A DNA stretch of 64,000 nt from an uncultured Bacteroidaceae bacterium (GCA_964639765.1 CAZXEN010000002.1:33338-97337), one strand, 5' to 3'; positions 1 to 9,785 are shown, numbered from the stretch's first letter. The notes: generated by a model from the letters alone, not told the origin. Program-made: numbers and translations.

Positions 1-152
1 AACCGTTGTTAGTGTGATACAACAGATACGATGTCCCAAAAAGCCGATATAAGTCTGTGACTGCCTACGGTTATTGCTGAAAAAAGCCACAAAAAACCAA
101 GTTATTTTACCAAAAAGTCTAAACTTTCTGAGCTGAAAAACAGGATTTTCCA

Positions 153-190
153 TAAAAAAAAGAAGATGTATCCCCGATACATCTTCTTTT
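153..190 (-). terminator. Rho-independent terminator downstream of dcp (bidirectional shape)
   Basis: A perfect 12-bp stem agaagatgtatc/gatacatcttct (161-172/176-187) with a 3-nt loop. On the minus strand the hairpin is followed by T8. Confidence 0.7.
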
Positions 191-216
191 GCTTTTATGG
201 GTTTGTATTTTGAGGT

Positions 217-2349
217 TTATTTTATAAATCCCTGTTGTCTTAGGAATGCTTCATTAGTTGGTTCCTTGCCACGGAATGCTTTGTAAAGTTCCATAGGTTT
301 CTTGCTGCCGCCTTTTGACAATACGTTCTTGCGGAATGAACCAGACACTTCAGGATTGAAGATACCTTTTTCCTTGAAAGCGGCCCATGCGTCTGCAGCT
401 ATGACTTCACTCCATTTATATCCATAGTACCCTGCAGCATAACCGCCTCCAAAGATATGTGAAAACTGTGTACTCATACAGCAGCCATCAATCATTGGAA
501 ACAACTCAGCCTTTCTTGATGCTATCTTTTCTACTTCTACCACATCACTGTTGCAGGTCTGTTCTATAGAATGCCAAGCCATATCCAGTTCTCCAAAGAA
601 TAACTGACGGATAGACAACCAGCCTGCATTATATTTCTGTGCAGCACGTATTTTGTTTATATACTCTTGAGGAATTTTTTCTCCTGTTTTGTAATGTACT
701 GCAAACAAATCCAGGAATTCTTTTTCGTAGGCATAGTTTTCCATAAACTGGCTCATACCTTCAACAAAATCATGAGCCACACTTGTTCCAGACAAAGACT
801 GATAAGTACATTCAGTGAGAATACCATGCAAGCAATGTCCAAACTCGTGCAAGAAAGTGGTTACTTCATCAAAGGTTAGAAGGGAAGGAGTCTTTTTTGT
901 AGGTTTGGTAAAGTTGCATACCAATTGTATCAATGGTCTTATTTCGTTGTTGTTCACTTTGCTTTCTTCCCTGAAAGAAGTCATCCAAGCACCGTCTCTT
1001 TTGCTTTCTCTTGGATAGAAATCCATATAAAGAACAGCCATAAAACGGTTGTTTTTCTTTTCCCATACTTCATAAACCTTTACATCGGGGTGGTATTTTT
1101 GGATTTCATTGTTTTCCCTGAATTCCAATCCGTATAACTTACCAGCTAAAGTAAAGATACCGTTCTTTACGTAATCCAGATTGAAGTAAGGTTTCAATAA
1201 CTCAGGAGAAATATTGTATTTTTCTTTTTGAAGCTTCTCTGACCAATAAGAAAAATCCCATCTGTTCAACTTATCTGTGAAGCCATGTTGATTTGCATAT
1301 TCCTGAACAGCCTGTAGATCCTTTTTTGCAAAAGGCATGGAAGTGTTTAGCAAGTCTTCAAGGAATTTATTCACGTTTGCAGGATTTTCCGCCATTTTAT
1401 CTTCCAATTGATATTCGGCAAAAGACTTATAACCTAAAAGATTAGCTATCTTTAGTCTAAGATTGGCAATATCTTTCAGAACCTGTTTGTTGTCATTGGT
1501 ATCATTGTGGTTGGAAACAGAGTTGGAAGCTTTCCACATCTTTTCTCTTAGTTCTCTGTTTGGACAATAGGTAATGAAAGCAGAATAAGAAGGATAATCC
1601 AAAGTAAATACCCAGCCTTTCATCTTGCGGTTTTGTGCTTCTTGTTTGGCTGCATCTATTGCATACTGAGGCATTCCCTCCAAATCTTTTTTATTGGTAA
1701 CGTTTAAGATGAAAGAGTTGTTGTCGTTTAAAGCATTTTGATTGAATTTCAATGTAAGAATGCTTAGTTCTTCTGTTGCTTTGCGATATTCTTCACGGTC
1801 TTTGCCTGTAAGTAAAGCTCCGCTTTGAATAAATCCTTTATAGACTTTATCCAATAATGTCCTGTCTTCTGTTGTAAGTTTTAAATCATCTCTTTGATCA
1901 TAAACTATCTTTACTTTTGCAAACAGTTGAGGATTCATGGAGACATCATTGGCATATTGGGTAAGAACAGGGCTGAGTTCTTGACAGACTTGTTGCATCT
2001 GTTCGTCAGTACATGCCTCATTAAGATTGAATAATACACCAGAAACTTTGTCCAACAATCTACCACTCTGCTCGTATGCAACAATTGTGTTCTCAAATGT
2101 TGGCGGTTTGGTGTTGTTTACTATAGCATTTATGTCTTGCTTTGCTTTTTCTATCGCATATAGCATGGCAGGTTTGTAGTGTTCTGTTTTTATCAGGTTG
2201 AACGGTGGTGTTTCGTAAGGTGTAAGCCACTGCATCACCAAAGGATTTGTTGTTCTTATGTTATCCATTTCTTCTTTTGTCATTTGTGCCGACAACAAGC
2301 TTGTTATCATCAGCATAGTTGTTATTAAAAAAAATCTTTTCATACTCAT
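217..2349 (-). CDS. dcp: M3 family metallopeptidase (peptidyl-dipeptidase Dcp-like), secreted
   Basis: 710-aa ORF with an N-terminal signal peptide (..LLSAQ). It carries the zinc motif HEFGH in TFLHEFGHCLHG. Length and motif context are typical of M3 dipeptidyl carboxypeptidases. Confidence 0.85.
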   Translation of the reverse strand: MSMKRFFLITTMLMITSLLSAQMTKEEMDNIRTTNPLVMQWLTPYETPPFNLIKTEHYKPAMLYAIEKAKQDINAIVNNTKPPTFENTIVAYEQSGRLLDKVSGVLFNLNEACTDEQMQQVCQELSPVLTQYANDVSMNPQLFAKVKIVYDQRDDLKLTTEDRTLLDKVYKGFIQSGALLTGKDREEYRKATEELSILTLKFNQNALNDNNSFILNVTNKKDLEGMPQYAIDAAKQEAQNRKMKGWVFTLDYPSYSAFITYCPNRELREKMWKASNSVSNHNDTNDNKQVLKDIANLRLKIANLLGYKSFAEYQLEDKMAENPANVNKFLEDLLNTSMPFAKKDLQAVQEYANQHGFTDKLNRWDFSYWSEKLQKEKYNISPELLKPYFNLDYVKNGIFTLAGKLYGLEFRENNEIQKYHPDVKVYEVWEKKNNRFMAVLYMDFYPRESKRDGAWMTSFREESKVNNNEIRPLIQLVCNFTKPTKKTPSLLTFDEVTTFLHEFGHCLHGILTECTYQSLSGTSVAHDFVEGMSQFMENYAYEKEFLDLFAVHYKTGEKIPQEYINKIRAAQKYNAGWLSIRQLFFGELDMAWHSIEQTCNSDVVEVEKIASRKAELFPMIDGCCMSTQFSHIFGGGYAAGYYGYKWSEVIAADAWAAFKEKGIFNPEVSGSFRKNVLSKGGSKKPMELYKAFRGKEPTNEAFLRQQGFIK

Positions 2350-2438
2350 AAATTATTAACGGTCTTTCTTTATTAACGAAAAACTCCCGTCTATTCAGTT
2401 ATCTAAATAAACGGAAGTAGAATTAAGCAATCCAATAT

Positions 2439-3305
2439 TTATTTAAAGAAATATCCAATCAAAGGTACAAGAGCAAATCCCAAAGGAATGAATATTGCAT
2501 ATAGCAAAGCAAGATAATCTATAGCCTTTGTATATTTCTTTACATTAAGTCCGAATGTCTGGAAGATGGAAGCAACTCCATGATAAAGATGTATAGCAAG
2601 AACAATGAAAGCAAAAAGATATATCAAGACGTAAAGTTTGCTTTTGAATTTATCCTTAGCCATATTGTAGAAATCTGGTTCATATTCCTTGAAATCTTCA
2701 CCACAATATTTCACCAAATCCTTAGATGTAAGATTGATAAAATACTTTCTGTCTTTGGCTACTTTATCTTGAGGAATTGATTGTACTGCTATATACTGTT
2801 CCTGCAATTTATTGGCTTGGGCTTCTGAAAGTTCTCCTTGCTGATATTTCAAAACTTTCTCTTGAAATGCTTCTTCTACTTTTTCAGTCTTTACCACGTA
2901 TTTACCTTCTACTAAACCTACCTTAGCAAAGTAGAAATCCACAAAGTGAATAACAAGAAAAACAAGTAGAATACCTCCTGTTACAGCCATATATTTACTT
3001 CCTGCACCTGTTTTTGATTTATTTGGAACAGCGTAACGAACAGGACGAGACATATAGTTTTCTATGCTCATTATAATAGTAATAATTATGTGTAACAATA
3101 CACAAGCCAAAAGTATAACTTCAAATACTTTAACTATATAGTTTGTACCCATGAAATGACATACATTTCTGTACCATTCACCTCCGTCATCTCTAAGAAT
3201 ACAAAGATTCATTCCCATGTGAAAAGGTAAAAATATGAGCAAGAAAGCTCCCAATGCTCCTACGCAAAGCTTCTTGGTAATTGAAGCTAAATTAATCAAT
3301 TTCAT
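2439..3305 (-). CDS. Succinate dehydrogenase/fumarate reductase cytochrome b subunit-like membrane protein (b558 / FrdC type), orphan
   Basis: 288-aa ORF with about five hydrophobic helices. Four spaced His lie in helix contexts (FHMGMN, LLHIII, VIHFVD, AIHLYHG), as in dihaem FrdC of Bacteroides/Wolinella. No frdA/frdB is adjacent. Confidence 0.6.
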   Translation of the reverse strand: MKLINLASITKKLCVGALGAFLLIFLPFHMGMNLCILRDDGGEWYRNVCHFMGTNYIVKVFEVILLACVLLHIIITIIMSIENYMSRPVRYAVPNKSKTGAGSKYMAVTGGILLVFLVIHFVDFYFAKVGLVEGKYVVKTEKVEEAFQEKVLKYQQGELSEAQANKLQEQYIAVQSIPQDKVAKDRKYFINLTSKDLVKYCGEDFKEYEPDFYNMAKDKFKSKLYVLIYLFAFIVLAIHLYHGVASIFQTFGLNVKKYTKAIDYLALLYAIFIPLGFALVPLIGYFFK

Positions 3306-3367
3306 TATCTTTTACGATTTTGTTAGTTAATTATTTGTTATTTCTTCTATATCTGAATTACAGAGTG

Positions 3368-3375
3368 CAAAAGTA
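3368..3375 (-). promoter_or_regulatory. -7 box TACTTTTG (TAnnTTTG) for the FrdC-like gene
   Basis: Exact match to the Bacteroides primary-sigma -7 consensus, 63 nt upstream of the start at 3305. Confidence 0.45.
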
Positions 3376-3470
3376 ATCATTTTTTTCTTTATACGACGTT
3401 TTTTTTATATAAAAATTACACTTTTAAAAAAAATATACTTTAATTATTATGTCTATTTTTATTTTTTTTA

Positions 3471-3478
3471 TAACTTTG
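3471..3478 (+). promoter_or_regulatory. -7 box TAACTTTG (TAnnTTTG) for the 3526 gene
   Basis: Exact consensus match 48 nt upstream of the ATG at 3526. Confidence 0.45.
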
Positions 3479-3525
3479 CAGTCTTAAAAACGTAATAGTA
3501 TCTTGTATTAAATTGTACAGAATAT

Positions 3526-4554
3526 ATGAATATAAGATTATTTTATATTGTATTAATGATGATTGTTGTATTTTCTTCGTGTAAGCATACTCCTACAAAA
3601 GAAGATGAACTAATGAAAGGAATGCCTTCTTCGGGTGGAAAAACTTTGGAAATGCTTCTTGTAATACCAGATTCTTTATATAATAAGCAGATGAGGGATT
3701 TTGTAGGCAATATTTTTGAAAAAGCACAAAAAGGATTACCACAAAAAGAACCTTATTTTGATGTAGTACAGTTGAATCCTGCACAATATTACAATTCCGA
3801 AATGTTTAAGAAACACAGAAATATTCTTATAATAGAAAAAAAAGCAGGCAATAATAACACTATAAAACAAGCTATAAATAAAGGAGTATATCCTCAGGCT
3901 ATTTTTGAAATCAAGACTGATAATGTTGATAGTATATATTCTATACTTGATGTCTATGCAGAAACTATAAAATATCAGTACAGAAAAAATGAACATATAA
4001 GAATAGATAATGCTTTCAAAAGAGATGAAAATATCAAACTGACAGAAATAATCAGTAATATGTTTGGTTTTTCTCTTACATTTTCTTCTGATTACTATCT
4101 TGCAAAACAAACATCCAACTTCCTTTGGATAAGAAAAGAAACTCAAAAAGAAAGTTTCAACATTATGATGTGTAAAAAGAAATATACATCAGATGATTTG
4201 TTGTTGGAAAAGAAAGTGATTGAACTTAGAGACTCTTTAGGCAAAGCATTTATTCCTGCAAGTATGCCTAATTCATATATGGGTACAGAAGTAAGAGGGA
4301 ATATTTCCAAACTATATAGAGATACCGTTGGAATAGGGGACTATGTTATGATAGAAACAAGAGGTTTATGGCGTTCTTTTGGAGATTTTATGGGAGGTGC
4401 GTTTGTAAACTATTGTTTTAAAAACGAAGTTACCAATGAATTGGTAATGATTGACTGTTTTATATACAATCCTAACAAAAACAAGAGAGACTTTTTGATG
4501 CAATTGGAAAGTATTGTCTATGGAATAAAGAAAACAGATAAGAAACAAAAATAG
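3526..4554 (+). CDS. Hypothetical lipoprotein (possibly DUF4837-like)
   Basis: 342-aa ORF with a signal peptide ending VFSSC (lipobox-like Cys). I recognise no catalytic motif. The family name is a recollection, not verified. Confidence 0.55.
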   Translation: MNIRLFYIVLMMIVVFSSCKHTPTKEDELMKGMPSSGGKTLEMLLVIPDSLYNKQMRDFVGNIFEKAQKGLPQKEPYFDVVQLNPAQYYNSEMFKKHRNILIIEKKAGNNNTIKQAINKGVYPQAIFEIKTDNVDSIYSILDVYAETIKYQYRKNEHIRIDNAFKRDENIKLTEIISNMFGFSLTFSSDYYLAKQTSNFLWIRKETQKESFNIMMCKKKYTSDDLLLEKKVIELRDSLGKAFIPASMPNSYMGTEVRGNISKLYRDTVGIGDYVMIETRGLWRSFGDFMGGAFVNYCFKNEVTNELVMIDCFIYNPNKNKRDFLMQLESIVYGIKKTDKKQK

Positions 4555-4584
4555 TTTTATTAAAATTTAAATACATATATTATT

Positions 4585-4986
4585 ATGACACCAAAAAAAA
4601 TTGAACATATTGGTATAGCAGTTTCCAATTTGGATGAAGCTATCAAATATTGGGAAAATGTAATGGAATTAAAATGCTATAACATTGAAGAGGTAGCAGA
4701 CCAAAAAGTAAGAACTGCTTTCTTTAAAGTAGGAGAAATAAAGATAGAACTTTTGGAACCTACATGTGAAGAAAGTACAATTGCAAAATTTATTGCAAAC
4801 AAAGGACAGGGAGTTCATCATATTGCTTTTAAGATGGAAGATACAAATCATGCTCTTAAAGATGCAGAAGAAAAAGGCGTCCGTCTTATAGACAAACAAG
4901 CAAGAAAAGGAGCAGAAAATCTAAATATAGGTTTCTTGCATCCAAAATCAACTTTAGGAGTTTTAACAGAGTTTTGTTGTGAATAA
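4585..4986 (+). CDS. mce: Methylmalonyl-CoA epimerase (VOC/glyoxalase fold)
   Basis: 133-aa ORF starting IEHIGIAV, followed by GQGVHHIAF. It sits immediately upstream of the methylmalonyl-CoA carboxyltransferase gene. Confidence 0.85.
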   Translation: MTPKKIEHIGIAVSNLDEAIKYWENVMELKCYNIEEVADQKVRTAFFKVGEIKIELLEPTCEESTIAKFIANKGQGVHHIAFKMEDTNHALKDAEEKGVRLIDKQARKGAENLNIGFLHPKSTLGVLTEFCCE

Positions 4987-5047
4987 ATAATTGGTTATTT
5001 AGGACTGAAAAGTTCTAAATAACTTTTTTATAATACATTTATATAAT

Positions 5048-6607
5048 ATGGCTTTTGAAGAAAAAATTAAACAATTGTTAGACCTTAGAGCCGAAGCAAG
5101 ACTTGGTGGAGGACAAAAAGGTATTGATAAGCAACATTCTAAAGGTAAGCTTACTGCAAGAGAACGTATAGACTTGCTTTTGGATGAAGGTAGTTTTGAA
5201 GAGTTTGATATGTTTGTAACACACCGCTGTACAAACTTTGGTATGGAAAAGAAAGAAATTCTTACCGATGGTGTTGTTACAGGTTATGGAACAATTGACG
5301 GGCGTTTGGTTTATGTGTTCTCACAAGACTTTACTGCTTACGGAGGTTCTCTTAGTGAAACTTTTGCAAAAAAGATATGCAAAGTAATGGATCAAGCTAT
5401 GAAAGTGGGCGCTCCTGTCATTGGATTAAACGATTCAGGTGGTGCAAGAATACAAGAAGGAGTAAATTCCCTGGCTGGTTATGCAGAAATATTTGAAAGA
5501 AATATTCTTGCCTCAGGAGTTGTTCCTCAGATTTCTGCAGTATTTGGTCCTTGTGCAGGAGGTGCTGTTTATTCTCCAGCTCTAACAGACTTTATTCTTA
5601 TGAGTAAAGAGAACTCATATATGTTTGTTACAGGTCCAAAGGTAGTAAAGACAGTTACAGGCGAAGATGTTACTGAAGCAAATCTTGGTGGTGCTATGGT
5701 TCATGCAACAAAGAGCGGTGTAGCTCATTTTGTTTCAGAAACAGAGCAAGAAGGTATTCAAATGATAAGAAAACTTATTTCTTATATTCCTTCAAACAAC
5801 TTGGAGGAAGCTCCTTTTACCAATTGCACAGACCCAATAGACCGATTGGAAGATAGTCTTAATTCCATAATGCCTGACAATCCTAACAAGCCTTATGATG
5901 TCAAAGAAGTCATATCTGCTATTGTTGATGATGGAGATTTCTTTGAAGTTCATGAAAAATACGCTCCTAATATCGTCGTAGGTTTTGCCCGTTTCAATGG
6001 TGTAAGTGTTGGTATTGTGGCAAATCAACCTAAGTTTATGGCAGGAGTTTTGGACATAAATTCTTCAAGAAAAGGCGCAAGATTTGTTCGTTTCTGTGAT
6101 GCATTCAATATTCCTATTGTTACACTTGTTGATGTGCCAGGTTTCCTTTGCGGAACAGGACAAGAATACAATGGTATTATAACAAACGGAGCAAAACTGC
6201 TGTTTGCATACGGAGAGGCAACAGTTCCAAAAGTAACAGTTACTCTTAGAAAATCATACGGTGGAGCCCATGATGTTATGTCTTCCAAACAACTTAGAGG
6301 AGATATCAACTATGCTTGGCCTACTGCACAAGTAGCAGTTATGGGAGCAAGTGGAGCTGCTGCTATTCTTTATGGAAAAGAACTTAAAGAAATGGAAGAT
6401 GCTGAACAAAAGGCAAAATTCTTGGCAGAAAAAGAACAAGAGTATAATGATAAGTTTGCTAATCCTTATAATGCTGCAAAATATGGTTATATAGATGATG
6501 TCATAGAACCAAGAAATACACGTTTTCGTGTTATCAGGGCATTACAGGCTTTGGCTACAAAGAAGGATAGCAATCCTATGAAAAAACATGATAATATTCC
6601 ATTGTAA
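5048..6607 (+). CDS. mmdA: Methylmalonyl-CoA decarboxylase alpha subunit / carboxyltransferase (propionyl-CoA carboxylase beta family)
   Basis: 519-aa ORF with typical carboxyltransferase blocks ([53 protein letters not shown]). Operon context with BCCP and the Na+ pump beta subunit supports the call. Confidence 0.9.
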   Translation: MAFEEKIKQLLDLRAEARLGGGQKGIDKQHSKGKLTARERIDLLLDEGSFEEFDMFVTHRCTNFGMEKKEILTDGVVTGYGTIDGRLVYVFSQDFTAYGGSLSETFAKKICKVMDQAMKVGAPVIGLNDSGGARIQEGVNSLAGYAEIFERNILASGVVPQISAVFGPCAGGAVYSPALTDFILMSKENSYMFVTGPKVVKTVTGEDVTEANLGGAMVHATKSGVAHFVSETEQEGIQMIRKLISYIPSNNLEEAPFTNCTDPIDRLEDSLNSIMPDNPNKPYDVKEVISAIVDDGDFFEVHEKYAPNIVVGFARFNGVSVGIVANQPKFMAGVLDINSSRKGARFVRFCDAFNIPIVTLVDVPGFLCGTGQEYNGIITNGAKLLFAYGEATVPKVTVTLRKSYGGAHDVMSSKQLRGDINYAWPTAQVAVMGASGAAAILYGKELKEMEDAEQKAKFLAEKEQEYNDKFANPYNAAKYGYIDDVIEPRNTRFRVIRALQALATKKDSNPMKKHDNIPL

Positions 6608-6622
6608 AAACACTATACGCCA

Positions 6623-7591
6623 ATGAAAAAAAGTATATTTAAATTATTCATTGCATGCGGTTTGGTGTTGATGAGTCTTAGTGTTTTCTCTCAAGAGCAG
6701 AAGGATAAAGCTTGTTGTACCAATAATACACTTGCTAATGCTTTTGAAGATCCATTGATACCGCAAACTTTTGCAGTGGATAGTAAATCGCAGACTATGG
6801 TGGTGATAGATACTCCCGAAAATACCATAGCTATTCTCTCACGTACCGAAAAAGGATATGAACTTAGCGACACTTTTCTTGTAGATGTTATAAAAGGAAG
6901 ACACGACGTTCAGTTTATCTACAAGCCAAAAAGTATAGCACTTTATGACAACAACATAATATTCCTTGCTTCAAACCGAGATTCTTCTTATATAGGAGTA
7001 GTGGATTTGAAAGGCAATGTTGTCAAGATAACCAATAAATTTGTCGGTGCTGCTAATGCTTTTTCATACGATAAAATAAATAAACGTTTATATGTAGCAG
7101 GACTAAATCCTTCCGGATTCAATGTATTTGACATAGATGTTTCAAAAGGTTTTGAAAACATAAATATTGACACTGTTTCTACAACAGAAGCTGCGTATAA
7201 GATATATAAAATACCTCGTAAAGCAGAAGAAATCAAGAAACATGACCCTTATGGTTTAGGTTTGACAATGATAGCAATGGGTACTGTTTTTTCTGCATTG
7301 GTGATTATTTCTATCATACTTATGGGATTTGCAAAGACATTGGTTAAACTTCAGGAGAAGAAGAAAAAGAAAACTGTTGTTGCGACAACTGTCAATGAAA
7401 CTGCATCTCAAAAAGAAGACAAGAAATATATAAGCGGAGATGAGTTTGCGGCTATTGCTGCTGCCATATACATATATGATAAAGAACTGCATGATGAAGA
7501 AAATGCTGTCCTTACTATTACAGAAGTGAACAGAAGATATTCTCCTTGGAGCAGCAAAATGCATAATATGAACGTTTATAGAAGACGATAA
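6623..7591 (+). CDS. OadG/MmdD-like decarboxylase small subunit fused to an N-terminal ~190-aa exported domain
   Basis: 322-aa ORF. Reading N to C: a signal peptide, an exported domain, a single TM helix (LGLTMIAMGTVFSALVIISIILMGF), a Lys-rich linker, and an OadG-like tail (GDEFAAIAAAIYIY...SPW). It lies between mmdA and the biotin carrier gene. Confidence 0.6.
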   Translation: MKKSIFKLFIACGLVLMSLSVFSQEQKDKACCTNNTLANAFEDPLIPQTFAVDSKSQTMVVIDTPENTIAILSRTEKGYELSDTFLVDVIKGRHDVQFIYKPKSIALYDNNIIFLASNRDSSYIGVVDLKGNVVKITNKFVGAANAFSYDKINKRLYVAGLNPSGFNVFDIDVSKGFENINIDTVSTTEAAYKIYKIPRKAEEIKKHDPYGLGLTMIAMGTVFSALVIISIILMGFAKTLVKLQEKKKKKTVVATTVNETASQKEDKKYISGDEFAAIAAAIYIYDKELHDEENAVLTITEVNRRYSPWSSKMHNMNVYRRR

Positions 7592-7613
7592 TTAAATTTA
7601 AAACACAGAAAAG

Positions 7614-8054
7614 ATGAAAAATTATAAATTTAAAATACACGGTACAAATTATTCTGTTGATATAAAAAGTGTTGAAGGACAGACTATAGAGTTGGAACTT
7701 AACGGTACTCCTTATACAGTGGAAGTAGATAAAGAGATAAAGCAGACTCCTAAAAAAGTCTTGTTGACAAATCGTCAAGCATCTCCTTCTCCTAAAGCTA
7801 TAGAGACTGTTGCTGCTGTTACTCCAAAAAGCAGCAGTGGTGCAAACAGTATAAAATCACCTTTGCCAGGAACAATATTAGACGTCTTTGTAAATGTCGG
7901 AGATACTGTAAAGACTGGTCAGAAGCTTATGCTCCTTGAAGCAATGAAGATGGAAAATCAGATAGATGCAGACAGAGACGGAGTTGTTAAATCTGTAGGA
8001 GTAAGAAAAGGTGATGTTATTATGGAAGGTGATGTCTTGGTAACAATAGAATAG
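7614..8054 (+). CDS. mmdC: Biotin carboxyl carrier protein of methylmalonyl-CoA decarboxylase
   Basis: 146-aa ORF with an Ala/Pro/Ser linker and the biotinyl-lysine motif EAMKMEN. Confidence 0.85.
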   Translation: MKNYKFKIHGTNYSVDIKSVEGQTIELELNGTPYTVEVDKEIKQTPKKVLLTNRQASPSPKAIETVAAVTPKSSSGANSIKSPLPGTILDVFVNVGDTVKTGQKLMLLEAMKMENQIDADRDGVVKSVGVRKGDVIMEGDVLVTIE

Positions 8055-8073
8055 AGTAGAGGAGGATACGGTT

Positions 8074-9267
8074 ATGTTATCATTATTAATCAGTTTGACA
8101 GCACAGGGAGATAAGATGGGCTTTTTGGATTTTGTATCTGCCCAGCTTGTACAATTCTTCCACTATACATCGTTTGCTAATTTTGAGATAGGACACCTTA
8201 TAATGATACTTGTTGGTTGTTTCTTCATCACTTTAGCAATAACCAAAGAATATGAACCAATGCTTTTGATACCTATAGGCTTTGGTATGTTGATAGGAAA
8301 CATTCCTTTCTTTCCTGGCTTAAAGATAGGCATCTATGAAACTGGTTCTGTTTTGAATATTCTTTATCATGGAGTACAAAATGGCTGGTATCCACCTTTG
8401 ATATTTCTTGGTATAGGAGCTATGACAGATTTTTCTGCCTTGTTAAGCAATCCTAAACTGATGTTGTTAGGTGCTGCAGCGCAGTTTGGTATTTTTGGAG
8501 CATATATGGCTGCTTTGGCTTTAGGTTTTCTTCCTAATGAGGCGGGAGCAATAGGTATAATCGGAGGAGCAGATGGTCCTACCGCCATATTTATTTCTTC
8601 CCAGCTTGCACCTGAACTTATGGGGGCCATAGCTGTAAGTGCTTATTCATATATGGCTTTGGTTCCTGTTATTCAGCCGCCTATTATGAGAGCCTTGACA
8701 ACTAAGAAGGAAAGACTTATAAGAATGAAACCTCCACGTCAAGTCTCCAAAACAGAGAAGGTTGTATTTCCTATAATAGGACTGCTTCTTACTTGTACAA
8801 TAGTTCCAAGCGGTATTCCATTGTTAGGTATGTTGTTCTTTGGCAACCTGTTGAAAGAAAGCGGTGTTACAAAACGTTTGGCAGTTACTGCTTCCAATGC
8901 AATCATAGATATTTGTACTATACTTATTGGACTGACTGTTGGATGTTCTACTCAAGCAACAACATTCCTTACAGGAAAATCAGTAGGAATCTTTGCTTTA
9001 GGTGCATTCTCATTTATCATTGCAACAACGGTAGGTGTTTTGTTTGCCAAATTAATGAATGTATTTCTGAAGGAAGGTAACAAAATCAATCCGCTTATTG
9101 GTAATTCTGGTGTCAGTGCTGTTCCAGATGCAGCCAGAGTTAGTAACAATGTAGGATTGGAATATGATAATAAGAATTACTTATTGATGCACGCAATGGG
9201 ACCAAATGTAGCCGGCGTTATCGGTAGTGCTGTTGCTGCAGGTATTTTATTGGCATTCTTGAAATAA
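8074..9267 (+). CDS. mmdB: Na+-translocating decarboxylase beta subunit (OadB/MmdB family)
   Basis: 397-aa polytopic membrane ORF with blocks LLIPIGFGMLIGNIP and GIIGGADGPTAIF typical of OadB. The start could instead be the ATG at 8116 (MGFLDFV). Confidence 0.9.
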   Translation: MLSLLISLTAQGDKMGFLDFVSAQLVQFFHYTSFANFEIGHLIMILVGCFFITLAITKEYEPMLLIPIGFGMLIGNIPFFPGLKIGIYETGSVLNILYHGVQNGWYPPLIFLGIGAMTDFSALLSNPKLMLLGAAAQFGIFGAYMAALALGFLPNEAGAIGIIGGADGPTAIFISSQLAPELMGAIAVSAYSYMALVPVIQPPIMRALTTKKERLIRMKPPRQVSKTEKVVFPIIGLLLTCTIVPSGIPLLGMLFFGNLLKESGVTKRLAVTASNAIIDICTILIGLTVGCSTQATTFLTGKSVGIFALGAFSFIIATTVGVLFAKLMNVFLKEGNKINPLIGNSGVSAVPDAARVSNNVGLEYDNKNYLLMHAMGPNVAGVIGSAVAAGILLAFLK

Positions 9268-9308
9268 GATGTTCTTGAATCAATAGTTTGATCTATAAAT
9301 TCGAGTTG

Positions 9309-9337
9309 AGCGTTATATAAAATATAACGCTTTTTTT
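9309..9337 (+). terminator. Rho-independent terminator of the mmd operon
   Basis: A 10-bp stem agcgttatat/atataacgct with a 3-nt loop, followed by T7. Confidence 0.7.
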
Positions 9338-9567
9338 ATTTCATTTCTATAGGAGAGAAACAGGCAGAAAGAATATATTAGTTTACATAATTTTAATTAT
9401 GTGGCAAAATTAGTACTTTTTTTTTACCTACCAAATTTTTTTTGATTTTTTTTGTTTTTTTTTCAAAATGAGTGGGTTTAGCAAGTAAACTCTTAATTCA
9501 ATGCGCAACGTGTATATAAGTATAACTACTATGTGTCAGTTGCTCATATAATATCAAGTTGTTAGGA

Positions 9568-9619
9568 GAGCGGGAAGTTTCCCGCTCCCTCTCAAAATAG
9601 GAATTTCCGACCTATTTTG
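9568..9619 (-). terminator. Two adjacent hairpins downstream of mini-ORF 1 (possible terminators, no U-tract)
   Basis: Hairpin gagcggga-agtt-tcccgctc at 9568-9587 and hairpin caaaatagg-aatttccga-cctattttg at 9593-9619. They are GC-richer than their surroundings. Confidence 0.3.
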
Positions 9620-9659
9620 AACACAAGAGAAAGCAGGCTAACAAAAATTTGTTAATTTG

Positions 9660-9785
9660 TTACCCTGCAATCCAATTAAAATAAATAACAATAAGTTTAA
9701 AAATAAAAATAACTATAATGAAATAAATAAAATATCTCAAAGCTTTAAATAGCTTGTCTTTCTCTGTTTTATCTTTAGCACCCAT
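9660..9785 (-). CDS. Mini-ORF 1, 41-aa hydrophobic peptide MGAKDKTEKDKLFKALRYFIYFIIVIFIFKLIVIYFNWIAG
   Basis: Below the ORF-track cutoff, so I translated it by hand. It has an ATG 26 nt downstream of a TAATTTTG -7 box. Its paralogue lies 245 nt away with a conserved 5' region and 3' palindrome. Confidence 0.4.
   Translation of the reverse strand: MGAKDKTEKDKLFKALRYFIYFIIVIFIFKLIVIYFNWIAG

Noticed and set aside
1-152. Possible partial gene at the left window edge
   Set aside because: There is no open frame of useful length in any frame. The segment is made of A-run/word/T-run pieces resembling the intergenic repeat family.
9405-9412. Minus-strand TAATTTTG box pointing toward the mmdB 3' end (possible antisense or small-RNA promoter)
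   Set aside because: This is only an 8-nt motif match in AT-rich DNA. No downstream ORF, structured RNA or U-tract terminator supports a transcript. It is mentioned only as context in a finding.
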